DNA of 64,000 nt from the NCBI GenBank assembly GCA_040390125.1, contig JAZJYZ010000001.1, positions 70,428-134,427 of the forward strand, in the 5' to 3' direction. Under the pieces are notes generated by a model. The model had not been told where the DNA came from, did no database searches, and saw only the letters and a list, made by a program, of their open reading frames with translations. Position numbers and translations under genes: made by a program. The stretch is from Patescibacteria group bacterium. Lineage in GTDB: Bacteria > Patescibacteriota > Minisyncoccia > Phycocordibacterales > Phycocordibacteraceae. Positions 8,721 to 17,828 of the stretch are shown here, piece after piece; positions within the stretch are counted from its first letter, which is position 1, and each line of letters begins with the position of its first letter.

Positions 8721-9665
8721 GTGCCCAAAAACACGATACCACTGAGTAGCGGAGCACTAATGCCAGCCTTAGGCTTAGGTACTTGGAAATCCCCTGCAGA
8801 TATTGTGGGTCAGGCAGTTGAATATGCTCTTACTGAAGGTGGGTACCGACACATCGACTGTGCAGCAATCTACCAGAACGAGAAAGAAATAGGACGTGCC
8901 TTTAAAAAAGTATTCGAAGGAGGCGCCGTGAAGCGTTCTGACGTTTTTATCACGAGCAAATTATGGAATTCGGCTCATAGAAAAAATGAAGTTCGAATAG
9001 CGTGTGAAAAAACATTGTACGATTTGAATTTAAAATATTTGGATCTCTACCTTGTGCATTGGGGTATTGCTACTCCATCACACTGGGCTATACCAACTAA
9101 CGGTGGGCCAGAAGCTGAGTACGATGAACATGGAGTCTTACTACTGGAAAAAATTCCAATTCGAGAAACATGGGAAGCAATGGAGGATTTGGTGCATGCG
9201 GGTCTGGTGAAAGCGATCGGCGTTGCGAACTTCACTGCACCAATGCTCATTGATATTCTCACCTATGCAACGATACCTCCTGCCATAAACCAGATAGAGC
9301 TTCATCCGTATCTTCAACAATCTCGACTTGTTGAGTTCTGCCAGCAAAAAAACATTGCGGTTACCGCATATTCCCCCCTTGGCTCTCCTGGGAATTACAC
9401 GAAATCAAATGTGCTAGAAGATGCATTGATCACAGAAATTGCAGAGACTCACAAAAAGTCCCCTGCCCAAGTATTAATCCGCTTCGCACTCGAGAGAAAC
9501 ACCATTGTTATTCCAAAAAGCACCTCCCCCGAAAGAATTAAAGAAAATATAGATGTGTTTGATTTTGAACTATCAGACCCTGAAATGGCAAAGCTCCGAG
9601 CACTAGAGCAGGGGCTTCGTTTTGTTGATCCATATGAATGGGGTAAAGTGCCGTATTTCGACTGA
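8721..9665 (+). CDS. Aldo/keto reductase
   Basis: 314 aa with PALGLGTWKS, YRHIDCAAIYQNE and IPKS motifs. Confidence 0.8.
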   Translation: MPKNTIPLSSGALMPALGLGTWKSPADIVGQAVEYALTEGGYRHIDCAAIYQNEKEIGRAFKKVFEGGAVKRSDVFITSKLWNSAHRKNEVRIACEKTLYDLNLKYLDLYLVHWGIATPSHWAIPTNGGPEAEYDEHGVLLLEKIPIRETWEAMEDLVHAGLVKAIGVANFTAPMLIDILTYATIPPAINQIELHPYLQQSRLVEFCQQKNIAVTAYSPLGSPGNYTKSNVLEDALITEIAETHKKSPAQVLIRFALERNTIVIPKSTSPERIKENIDVFDFELSDPEMAKLRALEQGLRFVDPYEWGKVPYFD

Positions 9666-9680
9666 ATCAATACAACGTAC

Positions 9681-10811
9681 ATGAAGCTGATTACGGTCAA
9701 CATTGAAGGCGACAAACACTTGGAACGTGTACTAGCTTTTTTAGAACGTGAACATGCGGACGTGATATGCATGCAAGAGCTTTTTGTAACAGATGCCGTG
9801 TTTTTTTCAGAGCGACTGAATATGCAGTATGCATACTCCCCTATGCTTTACGCAAAACGTAAAAAGTCTGATCTCGAAACAGGCGAAGAATTAGGTATAG
9901 GAATTTTTTCACACACTCCTTTAACCGATGTGAAATCACAAAACTATTGGTCACCGAGCGACACACTAGAACAATTTGACAGTACCGATGTGCACACCAA
10001 GCGTAAAACTGAAAGACATGTCCTTTTGTCAGGGAACATAGACATAGCCGGGGAACTATTTACAATTGCAACAACACATTTCACCTGGACGCCAAACGGA
10101 CTGCCTGACCACTATCAAGAAACTGACGCTGAAGCACTGCTTTCTCTTCTCTCTAGAATGCCCGAGGTAATTGTATGTGGAGATTTCAATATTCCTCGTG
10201 GACACAATAACCTATACAAAAAAATCACTACGATCTATAAGGATGCAATACCCACTTCATACATTTCGAGCTTAGACCTTACCTTGCATCGTGCGGGGAA
10301 AGACCCGATAGAAGCGACGAATTTGGCAAAGTTCATGGTCGATTACATTTTCCTTTCAAAGAAGTATGAGGCAACAGAAGTACGCCTTGAGGGAAACATC
10401 AGCGATCACATGGCAGTGATAGGAACTATACATGTGCTACACCCGGGTGTAGCACATGTAACGAAATATGCAGGGACAGTAGCACGAGGAGAAAGCACGG
10501 GAACACGACTCGGCTTCCCTACCGCAAACATTCCCCTTCAAGATGCGAAACTAACGGGCATCTACGCTGGCACAGTCATCGTTCAGGGCACTTCCTATCA
10601 GGCGGGTATATACGCAAACCAGCATCGACACATTCTTGAAGCACATGTATTGGATTTTTCGGGAGATCTGTATGGAAAAACAATCACGATTACTCTCGAT
10701 AAAAAAATCCGTGATGACAAAGAGTTCGCCTCTTTCTCAAACGAAGCAGAGCTCTCAAAGACGATTGCGGACGACATCAGACAGGTTCGTGAATATTTCA
10801 ATAAATCCTAA
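9681..10811 (+). CDS. Fusion protein: N-terminal EEP domain plus C-terminal riboflavin-kinase domain
   Basis: Residues 1-250 carry EEP motifs (ICMQELF, VCGDFNIP, SDHMAV). Residues 255-376 carry the RibF-C/riboflavin-kinase signature (GESTGTRLGFPTANIPL...LEAHVLDFSGDLYGK). Confidence 0.6.
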   Translation: MKLITVNIEGDKHLERVLAFLEREHADVICMQELFVTDAVFFSERLNMQYAYSPMLYAKRKKSDLETGEELGIGIFSHTPLTDVKSQNYWSPSDTLEQFDSTDVHTKRKTERHVLLSGNIDIAGELFTIATTHFTWTPNGLPDHYQETDAEALLSLLSRMPEVIVCGDFNIPRGHNNLYKKITTIYKDAIPTSYISSLDLTLHRAGKDPIEATNLAKFMVDYIFLSKKYEATEVRLEGNISDHMAVIGTIHVLHPGVAHVTKYAGTVARGESTGTRLGFPTANIPLQDAKLTGIYAGTVIVQGTSYQAGIYANQHRHILEAHVLDFSGDLYGKTITITLDKKIRDDKEFASFSNEAELSKTIADDIRQVREYFNKS

Positions 10812-10831
10812 TTACACGGTATCCTGAATCA

Positions 10832-11755
10832 ATGAATTTCTTTAAAAAATACGCTCCGTTTCTTGTCCTTTTTGCGGCGATGCTTTGGGCAACAGATGCA
10901 CCTTTCCGTATCCATTTAACCGAAGGTCTTTCAAGTAATTTTATTGTTCTTGGTGAGCACTTCATCGCCATACTATTTGTATTACCTATACTCCTTCTCA
11001 ATTTCAGAGAACTAAAAAAATTAAAACTAAAAGAGTGGTTAGCGGTTCTCTTCATTGCTATTGGCGGAAGTGCCCTTGCATCCATTGCGTTTACCCAAGC
11101 ATTCCATTACCTCAACCCATCGGTTGCAATTCTCTTACAGAAACTTCAACCATTCATGGTGATTGGTTTAGCGGCAGTCGTTTTGAAAGAAACACTGGGC
11201 AAGCGTTTTTGGCTTTTCGCTCTGGTCTCAATCGTGGGTGCATACCTCATCTCATTCCCTAATCTTATTCCGCAAACGTATCCCGGTGAGACATTTAATG
11301 CGAACCTGCTTGGCGTAGGACTCGCACTCATCGCTGCATTCTTCTGGGGTGCATCGACGGTGTTTGGTAAGGTGGTGCTGAATAAAACAAACTTTAAAGT
11401 TATGACGTCGCTCCGGTTTTGCGTTGCGTTTGTGTTTCTTGTTTTCTTGAACCTATTCCAACACTCGTTCCCCGAATGGAGCACCGTTACATCAACTGAC
11501 TATCTCTTCATATTCATAATCGGCATCACCTCAGGAGTGGTCTCACTCTTCATCTACTACAAAGGGCTTGAGAACACGAGTGCATCAGTTGCGACAATGG
11601 CGGAACTCGGCTTCCCTCTTGGGGCAGTTGTCGTGAACTGGATATTCCTAGGCGCCATTCTTCTCCCGATGCAAATCTTTGGCATGGCAATTCTACTGTT
11701 GGGTGTATACGGACTTGCGAAATACAACCGGGCATCTGAAGTGGCTAGCGTTTAG
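10832..11755 (+). CDS. EamA/DMT-family transporter
   Basis: 307 aa with about 10 TM helices and an EamA-like duplicated architecture. Confidence 0.6.
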   Translation: MNFFKKYAPFLVLFAAMLWATDAPFRIHLTEGLSSNFIVLGEHFIAILFVLPILLLNFRELKKLKLKEWLAVLFIAIGGSALASIAFTQAFHYLNPSVAILLQKLQPFMVIGLAAVVLKETLGKRFWLFALVSIVGAYLISFPNLIPQTYPGETFNANLLGVGLALIAAFFWGASTVFGKVVLNKTNFKVMTSLRFCVAFVFLVFLNLFQHSFPEWSTVTSTDYLFIFIIGITSGVVSLFIYYKGLENTSASVATMAELGFPLGAVVVNWIFLGAILLPMQIFGMAILLLGVYGLAKYNRASEVASV

Positions 11756-11799
11756 GGTTTAGTGCTCAGGGAACTCCCCTAAACGCTAAACGCTGTTCA

Positions 11800-12501
11800 C
11801 TAACCCCTGCGCTCTATCTCCTCAATCGATTTGTTGCGGTGCATGATTTCATCATTTCTCACTGACCTGAAGAATTCGTATTGATTCGGGGCCTCTCTAC
11901 CGTACCACTCAAGATATTTACTCACCATCGGTTTCTTTTTTAATTCTTCGCCGTTCGCTTCAAGAAAGCGAGAATACTGCTCAAATGCATGAGACTCAAA
12001 AAGATAGTTGAGCTCCAGTGCATTTCGTGGATTAAAAACATACAACCAGTAGGCCGCCCAAAAATAGAAGAAAGCAAAAAGCATCGGTATGACAGTGTGC
12101 ACAAGCACGTTGTCTTTCTGTTCAGCCTTGGCAAGCGCTGAAATTACTACAACATGCATTGTTTCGTTGTCTGTTGCTAAGCGAGCAAATTGCGAGAGTT
12201 TTGCAAGTCGCATAGCTTTACTCTCATTTTGATAAAACATTGTGAGAAAAGTAAATGCAGCAGAGTCCCATGAATGGTATGGGACGCGCGCAATCACTTC
12301 CACTGCTCTGAATTTCAAATATGAAGGTGCCTTGCCGTATACGGTATTCCCGCACCACACGAGCATGTGACCAAGAATACGTGGAAGTAAGTGGGGCTTG
12401 TAGTCATCGTATGGCTTTTTATATTCTTCGAGGGTGGTGGGATCATTGAGTGAAGCATTTAAAGCCTCAAGTTCTTCGTGCGTCTGCTCCATGCCGTACA
12501 T
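11800..12501 (-). CDS. Alternative oxidase (di-iron carboxylate quinol oxidase, AOX/PTOX family)
   Basis: 233 aa with four di-iron-binding-like motifs: AVEVIARVP, NETMHVVV, LFESHAFEQY and RNDEIMHRN. Confidence 0.6.
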   Translation of the reverse strand: MYGMEQTHEELEALNASLNDPTTLEEYKKPYDDYKPHLLPRILGHMLVWCGNTVYGKAPSYLKFRAVEVIARVPYHSWDSAAFTFLTMFYQNESKAMRLAKLSQFARLATDNETMHVVVISALAKAEQKDNVLVHTVIPMLFAFFYFWAAYWLYVFNPRNALELNYLFESHAFEQYSRFLEANGEELKKKPMVSKYLEWYGREAPNQYEFFRSVRNDEIMHRNKSIEEIERRG

Positions 12502-12568
12502 TGTAAACCAGTTCTTTTAAAGGAACGAGTGCCCTGTATGGTCTCAAAATGAGGTTATACTAAGCGGA

Positions 12569-13030
12569 ATGGAAAAACAGATACTCGCAAGCTGGCAAGC
12601 TCGGGAATATGAGTTTCGCCCTAAAGAACAGCAATGGTATTGGATAGTAGGTATTGTTGCGGTGGGTGCAGCTGTTGCAGCATTCATTCTCACTGATTAT
12701 CTTTTTTCTTTCATCGCAATCATAAGTGGGTTTGCCATCATGCTCGTTGGTTCAAAAAAACCTCAACGCCACAAGTATAGTCTTACGGAGCGAGGATTCT
12801 ACATTGGCACACACCTCATCCCCTATTCCCAAATGACAAAATTCGCCATCCGTGAAGACGAACCTAGGAAACTGAGTATTGAAACAAAGGGACTCACGGG
12901 AACCCTCAGTGCCCCGCTTGGAGACACGGACCATCGTGCAATTCGCACTGAACTCAAAAATAGGAACATCGAGGAAGTAGAGTCACTTGATTCATTTATA
13001 GATCAAGTAGTGAGGGGGATGGGACTTTGA
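12569..13030 (+). CDS. Membrane protein, hypothetical
   Basis: 153 aa with two N-terminal TM helices. Confidence 0.4.
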   Translation: MEKQILASWQAREYEFRPKEQQWYWIVGIVAVGAAVAAFILTDYLFSFIAIISGFAIMLVGSKKPQRHKYSLTERGFYIGTHLIPYSQMTKFAIREDEPRKLSIETKGLTGTLSAPLGDTDHRAIRTELKNRNIEEVESLDSFIDQVVRGMGL

Positions 13031-13234
13031 ACTAGGCGATGCCCCATCGGATCCGCAGGGATCATTTAGTGTTTAGGGGATAGGGTCTAGAGAAAACACA
13101 TAGGACAGTGTTTTTTCGGGGTTTTGTGCTAAATTTGAACGACTGTTCGTAGGCAACTGCTCCCGTAAGCGAAGCTTTCGGGGGCTCGCTCGAAGAGTAT
13201 GAAAATGCTAGCATTTTCATGTTCCTTCTCTCTC

Positions 13235-13306
13235 GCTCCCGTCGTTCAATGGATAGGACATATCCTTGCGGAGGATACGATGTGGGTTCGATTCCTGCCG
13301 GGAGCA
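13235..13306 (+). tRNA. tRNA-Arg (anticodon GCG as read)
   Basis: GCTCCCG-TC-GTTC..GGAC-A-TATCC-TTGCGGA-GGATA-CGAT-GTGGG-TTCGATT-CCTGC-CGGGAGC-A. The anticodon loop TTGCGGA gives GCG, which is unusual because bacteria typically use ACG. No CCA is encoded. Confidence 0.75.
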
Positions 13307-13310
13307 CAGG

Positions 13311-13347
13311 TATAGAAAAAGTCGGGATTACTCCCGACTTTTTCTAT
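13311..13347. terminator. Bidirectional rho-independent terminator hairpin
   Basis: agaaaaa-GTCGGGA-ttac-TCCCGAC-tttttct, directly after the tRNA-Arg. Confidence 0.6.
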
Positions 13348-13356
13348 ACTCTAAAT

Positions 13357-13510
13357 GTGCTCCCGGCAGGAATCGAACTGCGGGCCGCAGGGAGCGATGA
13401 GCGACCGTAGGTTTCGAGTCGTAGCAACGACGAGAGGCGATTCCTGCCGCAACTCGTGACCGATTCCTGCTGAGAGGCGATTCCTGCCAAAATGCACGAC
13501 CGATTCCTAA
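13357..13510. repeat. tRNA-Arg 3'-end fragment array: one inverted 21-nt copy plus 2 x 2 tandem T-arm-like units
   Basis: 13357-13377 gtgctcccggcaggaatcgaa is the exact reverse complement of the 3' end of the tRNA at 13235-13306. 13431-13510 holds [gaggcgattcctgcc-N9-gaccgattcctg] twice. Confidence 0.7.
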
Positions 13511-13511
13511 T

Positions 13512-13550
13512 AAAAAAATAAAACCTCGCAAATGGCGAGGTTTTATTTTT
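13512..13550. terminator. Rho-independent terminator (hairpin CCTCGC-aaatg-GCGAGG between A and T runs)
   Basis: aaaaaaataaaaCCTCGCaaatgGCGAGGttttattttt. It sits downstream of the minus-strand small gene at 13569-13745. Confidence 0.55.
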
Positions 13551-13568
13551 AGAAAATCTTAATCCCCC

Positions 13569-13745
13569 CTACTCAGCGTTAGCCGCATCTATTTCTTGTC
13601 CGCAAAACTCATTGCCACAGATACCAGTCTTTCGATCCTTCAAACCTACATGGCAAATTCCACACCTTACCCCCGTTTCTCTCGAAACTGAAGTTCCACC
13701 AATGAGGCCTCTTTCAAGAGCACTCCATCTATCTGCACTAGACAT
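13569..13745 (-). CDS. Small zinc-ribbon-like protein (58 aa), not in the ORF track
   Basis: Reverse strand reads MSSADRWSALERGLIGGTSVSRETGVRCGICHVGLKDRKTGICGNEFCGQEIDAANAE. It has CxxC...CxxxxC pairs and lies between rpsT and a terminator. Confidence 0.35.
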   Translation of the reverse strand: MSSADRWSALERGLIGGTSVSRETGVRCGICHVGLKDRKTGICGNEFCGQEIDAANAE

Positions 13746-13758
13746 AATTCTACGAAAT

Positions 13759-14022
13759 TTATTTCCCTGACTTCTTCAAAAGTGCAGAAAGACGAGCTTT
13801 CTTGCGGGAGGCAGTGTTCTTTTTGATAACCCCACGCTTTGCTGCCTTATCTATAACGCTATATGCCTTTGCGAGCTCAATCATCTGTTCCTTTCTGTCT
13901 TTACCAACGAATGAACGTGCTACTTTGACGCCCTCTGCCATAGCTCGCTTCCGACGGATATTGAAAACACGCTTACGTAGCGACGCACGATGTGCCTTTT
14001 TTGCTCCCTTTGTTATTGCCAT
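13759..14022 (-). CDS. rpsT: 30S ribosomal protein S20
   Basis: 87 aa, basic, with MAITKGAKKAHRASLKRRV... the typical S20 N-terminus. Confidence 0.85.
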   Translation of the reverse strand: MAITKGAKKAHRASLRKRVFNIRRKRAMAEGVKVARSFVGKDRKEQMIELAKAYSVIDKAAKRGVIKKNTASRKKARLSALLKKSGK

Positions 14023-14112
14023 AGTGTTCGCAGGCTACCATGAGTGGATTCAAGATTCAAGATTCACGAGCTAAAACTGTCCACTGTACACTCTTCGCTG
14101 TACACTATTCTC

Positions 14113-14685
14113 ATGATTGGCTCTTTAGACGGCACTGTGCGGGGGATAATCCGTGACAGCATCATTCTTGAAATAAACGGGGTTGGCTACCGTGTGGCGG
14201 TACCAATACCAACGCTCACAGGCGCAAAAGAAAACGACCATCTGTTCCTCTGGACACATATGGCAGTGCGGGAAACTGCCCAAGATCTCTACGGATTTGA
14301 AACACAAAACGAATTGTCGTGGTTTGAGCTACTCCTCAGTGTTTCGGGTATAGGCCCTAAATCAGCACTGAACATCATGAATACGGTTGATACTAAATCT
14401 TTAGAAAGTGCGATTGGTAGAAATGATGCAGGTATGCTCTCAAAATCGTTTGGAATCGGAAAGAAAACTGCAGAAAAAATAGTACTGGAACTTCGAGAGA
14501 AGGTTGGCTCCATTCAAGACAAAGGAACCGAAAGCGGGTCTGATGGTGATGTGGTTGATGCACTCGTAGGCTTGGGATATTCACTTCGTGAAGCTAGGGA
14601 CGCCGTACATGCGGTTTCCAAAGATCTGGTAACGCCGGAAGCACGCTTACGCGGTGCAATTCGCATTGCATCACGCTCTCGCTAA
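14113..14685 (+). CDS. ruvA: Holliday-junction DNA helicase RuvA
   Basis: MIGSLDGTVRGI...INGVGYRV...VRETAQDLYGF...LLSVSGIGPKSALNIM...GIGKKTAEKIVLEL are the canonical RuvA domain I/II/HhH motifs. I chose the internal Met start. Confidence 0.85.
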   Translation: MIGSLDGTVRGIIRDSIILEINGVGYRVAVPIPTLTGAKENDHLFLWTHMAVRETAQDLYGFETQNELSWFELLLSVSGIGPKSALNIMNTVDTKSLESAIGRNDAGMLSKSFGIGKKTAEKIVLELREKVGSIQDKGTESGSDGDVVDALVGLGYSLREARDAVHAVSKDLVTPEARLRGAIRIASRSR

Positions 14686-14690
14686 CACCC

Positions 14691-15968
14691 ATGCACAATT
14701 TGCTGAAAAAAGTTCTCCAAACACTCATTCCTCCATTTATATTTTCTCGCTTACTTGCGACGTATCATTTTCTGTTTGCATGGGGGGCAACAATACGTTA
14801 CGGATTCCCCTCTCGAAAACTTTTCGTCATTGGTGTTACTGGCACTAAAGGAAAATCGTCCGTTTCTGAAATGATGAATGCGATTCTTGAGGAAGCCGGA
14901 TACCGCACTGCACTTGCAAATACCATTCGTTTTAAGATAGATAAAAATTCAAAACCAAATCTCTTTAAAATGACCATGCCGGGACGAGGATTTCTTCAGA
15001 AATTCTTAAGGGAAGCGAAAAATAAAGACTGCACGCACGTGGTGTTAGAAATCACCTCCGAGGGTGCCAGGCAATTCAGGCACCAAGGCATTGACCTTAA
15101 TGCACTCATCTTCACCAATATTGCGCCTGAACATATTGAATCGCATGGCTCATTTGAAGCATACAAGCAAGCGAAGTTGGCTATCGGCATGTCACTCGTG
15201 CACTCACCAAAACGTCCACGCATCGTAGTAGCAAACGCCGAAGACGAAGTTGGAAAAAAATTCCTTACACTGCCCGTCGAGCACGTGCTCCCTTTTCATC
15301 TTGATGATGCGAAACCATATGAAACCAGAACAAATAAAATCTCAATGACATTCGATGGAGTTACCTTCGATATGCCGTTTCCAGGAATCTTCACCATTTT
15401 AAATGCACTTGCGGTAAGTACCCTTGCTCGAGCTCTGAACATCAACGCCGAAACAATAGGCCACGCTCTTCAGCATATACAGCCTATCCGTGGGCGAGTT
15501 GAGAGAATAGAATGCGGACAAACATTCACAGCAGTCGTGGACTATGCACACACCACAGATTCCCTCAAAGCGCTCTACGGTGCATTCCCTCAAACACGAA
15601 AAATTTGCGTGCTTGGAAATACTGGCGGTGGCAGAGACAGCTGGAAACGTAAAGAAATGGGTGCTATCGCAGATCAACTATGCGACACAGTGATTCTCAC
15701 CGATGAAGACCCGTACGATGAGAACCCGACGGATATCGTCAGAGCTATGGCCGAAGGAATGTCACGACCACCTCTCATAATTATGGATCGACGAGAGGCA
15801 ATTGCACATGCGCTAAAAGAAGCCCGCAAAGGAGATGCGGTATTGATTACTGGCAAAGGGACAGACCCATACATAATGGGACCACAAGGGACTAAAACAC
15901 CTTGGTCAGACTCCAGTGTGGTTCGGGAAGAACTTGAAAAGTTACTGCATGAAGAAGACTCAGATTAA
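14691..15968 (+). CDS. Mur ligase family protein (MurE/MurF-like, with a reduced N-terminal domain)
   Basis: 425 aa with P-loop GVTGTKGKSS, TNIAPEHIESHGSFEAY (Mur central domain) and DYAHTTDSLKAL (C-terminal domain). Only about 48 aa precede the P-loop. Confidence 0.6.
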   Translation: MHNLLKKVLQTLIPPFIFSRLLATYHFLFAWGATIRYGFPSRKLFVIGVTGTKGKSSVSEMMNAILEEAGYRTALANTIRFKIDKNSKPNLFKMTMPGRGFLQKFLREAKNKDCTHVVLEITSEGARQFRHQGIDLNALIFTNIAPEHIESHGSFEAYKQAKLAIGMSLVHSPKRPRIVVANAEDEVGKKFLTLPVEHVLPFHLDDAKPYETRTNKISMTFDGVTFDMPFPGIFTILNALAVSTLARALNINAETIGHALQHIQPIRGRVERIECGQTFTAVVDYAHTTDSLKALYGAFPQTRKICVLGNTGGGRDSWKRKEMGAIADQLCDTVILTDEDPYDENPTDIVRAMAEGMSRPPLIIMDRREAIAHALKEARKGDAVLITGKGTDPYIMGPQGTKTPWSDSSVVREELEKLLHEEDSD

Positions 15969-15998
15969 AAACAAGTAGTATCATTACATTAAATTTAT

Positions 15999-16982
15999 AT
16001 GGGGAACGCAAAGAGTGACTTCATGATTGTAATCTTGCTTGTGATAGCACTCGGCATTGCGTGGGTGATGACTGGTGGCCCAAGTAATCCTATGACACAT
16101 CAAGGCGGGCTTTTCAGTGCCCCATGGCCCTTAGGAGACGGAGGAAACGCATACACAGTGCCAACTATTCCCTTGGAATCAGGTAGTGTGTCTTCAAACA
16201 ACGAAGTAGCCCCAACAGCTCCAACAAACTCAACCACAAAATCAAAAACAACCGTTTTTGATTACTTTTTTGGATACCGTCCTGGTGTGGGCGCCGTAGC
16301 AGATCCGAGTGCTTCACCCTATGCATCGTATGTGCGACTAGAAAGAGGTAATGCAGAGAATACAGACCCCAAAAAAGAATACGTGACCATCCGCACGTCA
16401 GGCTCTCTCCAAAACAGCGTGACGATTACCGGCTGGGCACTGCAGAGCACGACAAACAACCTGCATGTCGTCATAGGTTCTGCAGCACAAATTCCATCCT
16501 TGGGTGGTCTAAACACCGACACACCAATCACACTCGGTTCAGACAGCGTTGTCTCCATAACAACAGGTCGCTCCCCAAATGGCGCATCGTTTCGCTTAAA
16601 TATGTGCACTGGGTATTTTGAGCAGTTCCAAGATTTTTCACCATCACTTCCGCAAGAATGCCCGAGACCCCGAGATGAAATGTATCTTTTTCCTGAAAAA
16701 ACCGCAGGCAATGCAGAGTGTGAAAACTTCATCAACACGCTCAACCAATGCACACTTACAGTTACAGAAATCCCTGGAAAAATTGGCAACTCCTGCCAAG
16801 ATTTCGTACTCACTAACCTCTCCTATAACGGATGCATCGCGAAGCACAGGAATGACCCCGACTTCTATCACAATGAATGGCGTGTCTTTTTAGGGCGTGA
16901 CCAAGAACTTTGGAATAATAGCCACGACCGCATTCTCCTTCTTGATGAAAATGGGAAATTAGTGTCGGTAGTGAGTTACTGA
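15999..16982 (+). CDS. Secreted/membrane-anchored protein with a Cys-rich C-terminal domain, hypothetical
   Basis: 327 aa with an N-terminal TM/signal. The C-terminus has 8 Cys (CTGYFEQ...ECPRP...AECENF...NQCT...NSCQDF...NGC). Confidence 0.45.
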   Translation: MGNAKSDFMIVILLVIALGIAWVMTGGPSNPMTHQGGLFSAPWPLGDGGNAYTVPTIPLESGSVSSNNEVAPTAPTNSTTKSKTTVFDYFFGYRPGVGAVADPSASPYASYVRLERGNAENTDPKKEYVTIRTSGSLQNSVTITGWALQSTTNNLHVVIGSAAQIPSLGGLNTDTPITLGSDSVVSITTGRSPNGASFRLNMCTGYFEQFQDFSPSLPQECPRPRDEMYLFPEKTAGNAECENFINTLNQCTLTVTEIPGKIGNSCQDFVLTNLSYNGCIAKHRNDPDFYHNEWRVFLGRDQELWNNSHDRILLLDENGKLVSVVSY

Positions 16983-16986
16983 TTTT

Positions 16987-17256
16987 CTACTTCTTCTTTG
17001 TGGTTGGAGGTACAGTCACATCATTGGGGTGCACCGACATCAGCCCTTTACCTTTTTCACCGTCCTTACGCTGAATACGCACGTACCCGTCATGAGCTCG
17101 GGCTTTGATGATGTAACGATGCCCATGCATTTCTACTATACGCCCAACACGTAATTTTTTAGACCTCCAAATTTCGAACATCCTCTTTCTAAAAAGATTA
17201 GCCGCATGTCGCATCTCAGCAACAAGATTAGAACCTATACCATGACGATTCTCCAT
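16987..17256 (-). CDS. Small basic protein, hypothetical
   Basis: 89 aa with no recognisable motif. Confidence 0.35.
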   Translation of the reverse strand: MENRHGIGSNLVAEMRHAANLFRKRMFEIWRSKKLRVGRIVEMHGHRYIIKARAHDGYVRIQRKDGEKGKGLMSVHPNDVTVPPTTKKK

Positions 17257-17277
17257 AATTCGTAGGAGTCTAATTGT

Positions 17278-17781
17278 TTACCTGTCTCTTGTCAAAGATT
17301 CTGATGCTTTAAAAAGAATAATGCCTGCCGCCACAGAAACATTGAGTGACTCCTTCTTTCCTCGCATAGGAATTTCCACGATCTCATCGCACACACGAAG
17401 TAAGGCGGATGACACACCCAAGACTTCATTTCCCAAAATCAATGCGGTTGGAAATTTTGGCTGCCACTTTGTATAAGAAACAGCACTCCGTGCTTGCTCG
17501 ACTGCAACCACTCTCACGCCTTCTTTCTTTAGTCGTTTTATGAGTGCTGATGCACTTTTGCACGACTCCCATGCAATCACCTGTTCAGCACCAAGCGCCG
17601 TCTTTGCTATCTTGCCGTCAGCTCTTCCAAAACGATCCAACGGTGCGGGTGTGTAGCCAGTTAAATATATCTTCCCTACCCCAACTGCATCTGCAGTGCG
17701 AAAAACAGAGCCTACGTTTTGAGCACTCCTAATATTGTGGAGAATAACGGAAAGAGTTGGAGAGCTTGAGTTCACAGACAT
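17278..17781 (-). CDS. SpoU/TrmH-family RNA 2'-O-methyltransferase
   Basis: 167 aa with LHNIRSAQNVGSVFRTADA and LILGNEVLGVS...ESLNVSVAAGIILF, the SPOUT motifs. Confidence 0.75.
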   Translation of the reverse strand: MSVNSSSPTLSVILHNIRSAQNVGSVFRTADAVGVGKIYLTGYTPAPLDRFGRADGKIAKTALGAEQVIAWESCKSASALIKRLKKEGVRVVAVEQARSAVSYTKWQPKFPTALILGNEVLGVSSALLRVCDEIVEIPMRGKKESLNVSVAAGIILFKASESLTRDR

Positions 17782-17828
17782 ACCGTAGCATTTTGAAGCT
17801 TATCGCTCCATGTGCTACCATTTTGCGA

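Noticed and set aside
13062-13531. ORFs 13062-13307, 13219-13410 and 13328-13531
   Set aside because: They overlap the tRNA-Arg(GCG), terminator hairpins and the tRNA-fragment repeats. They are repeat-driven, not coding.
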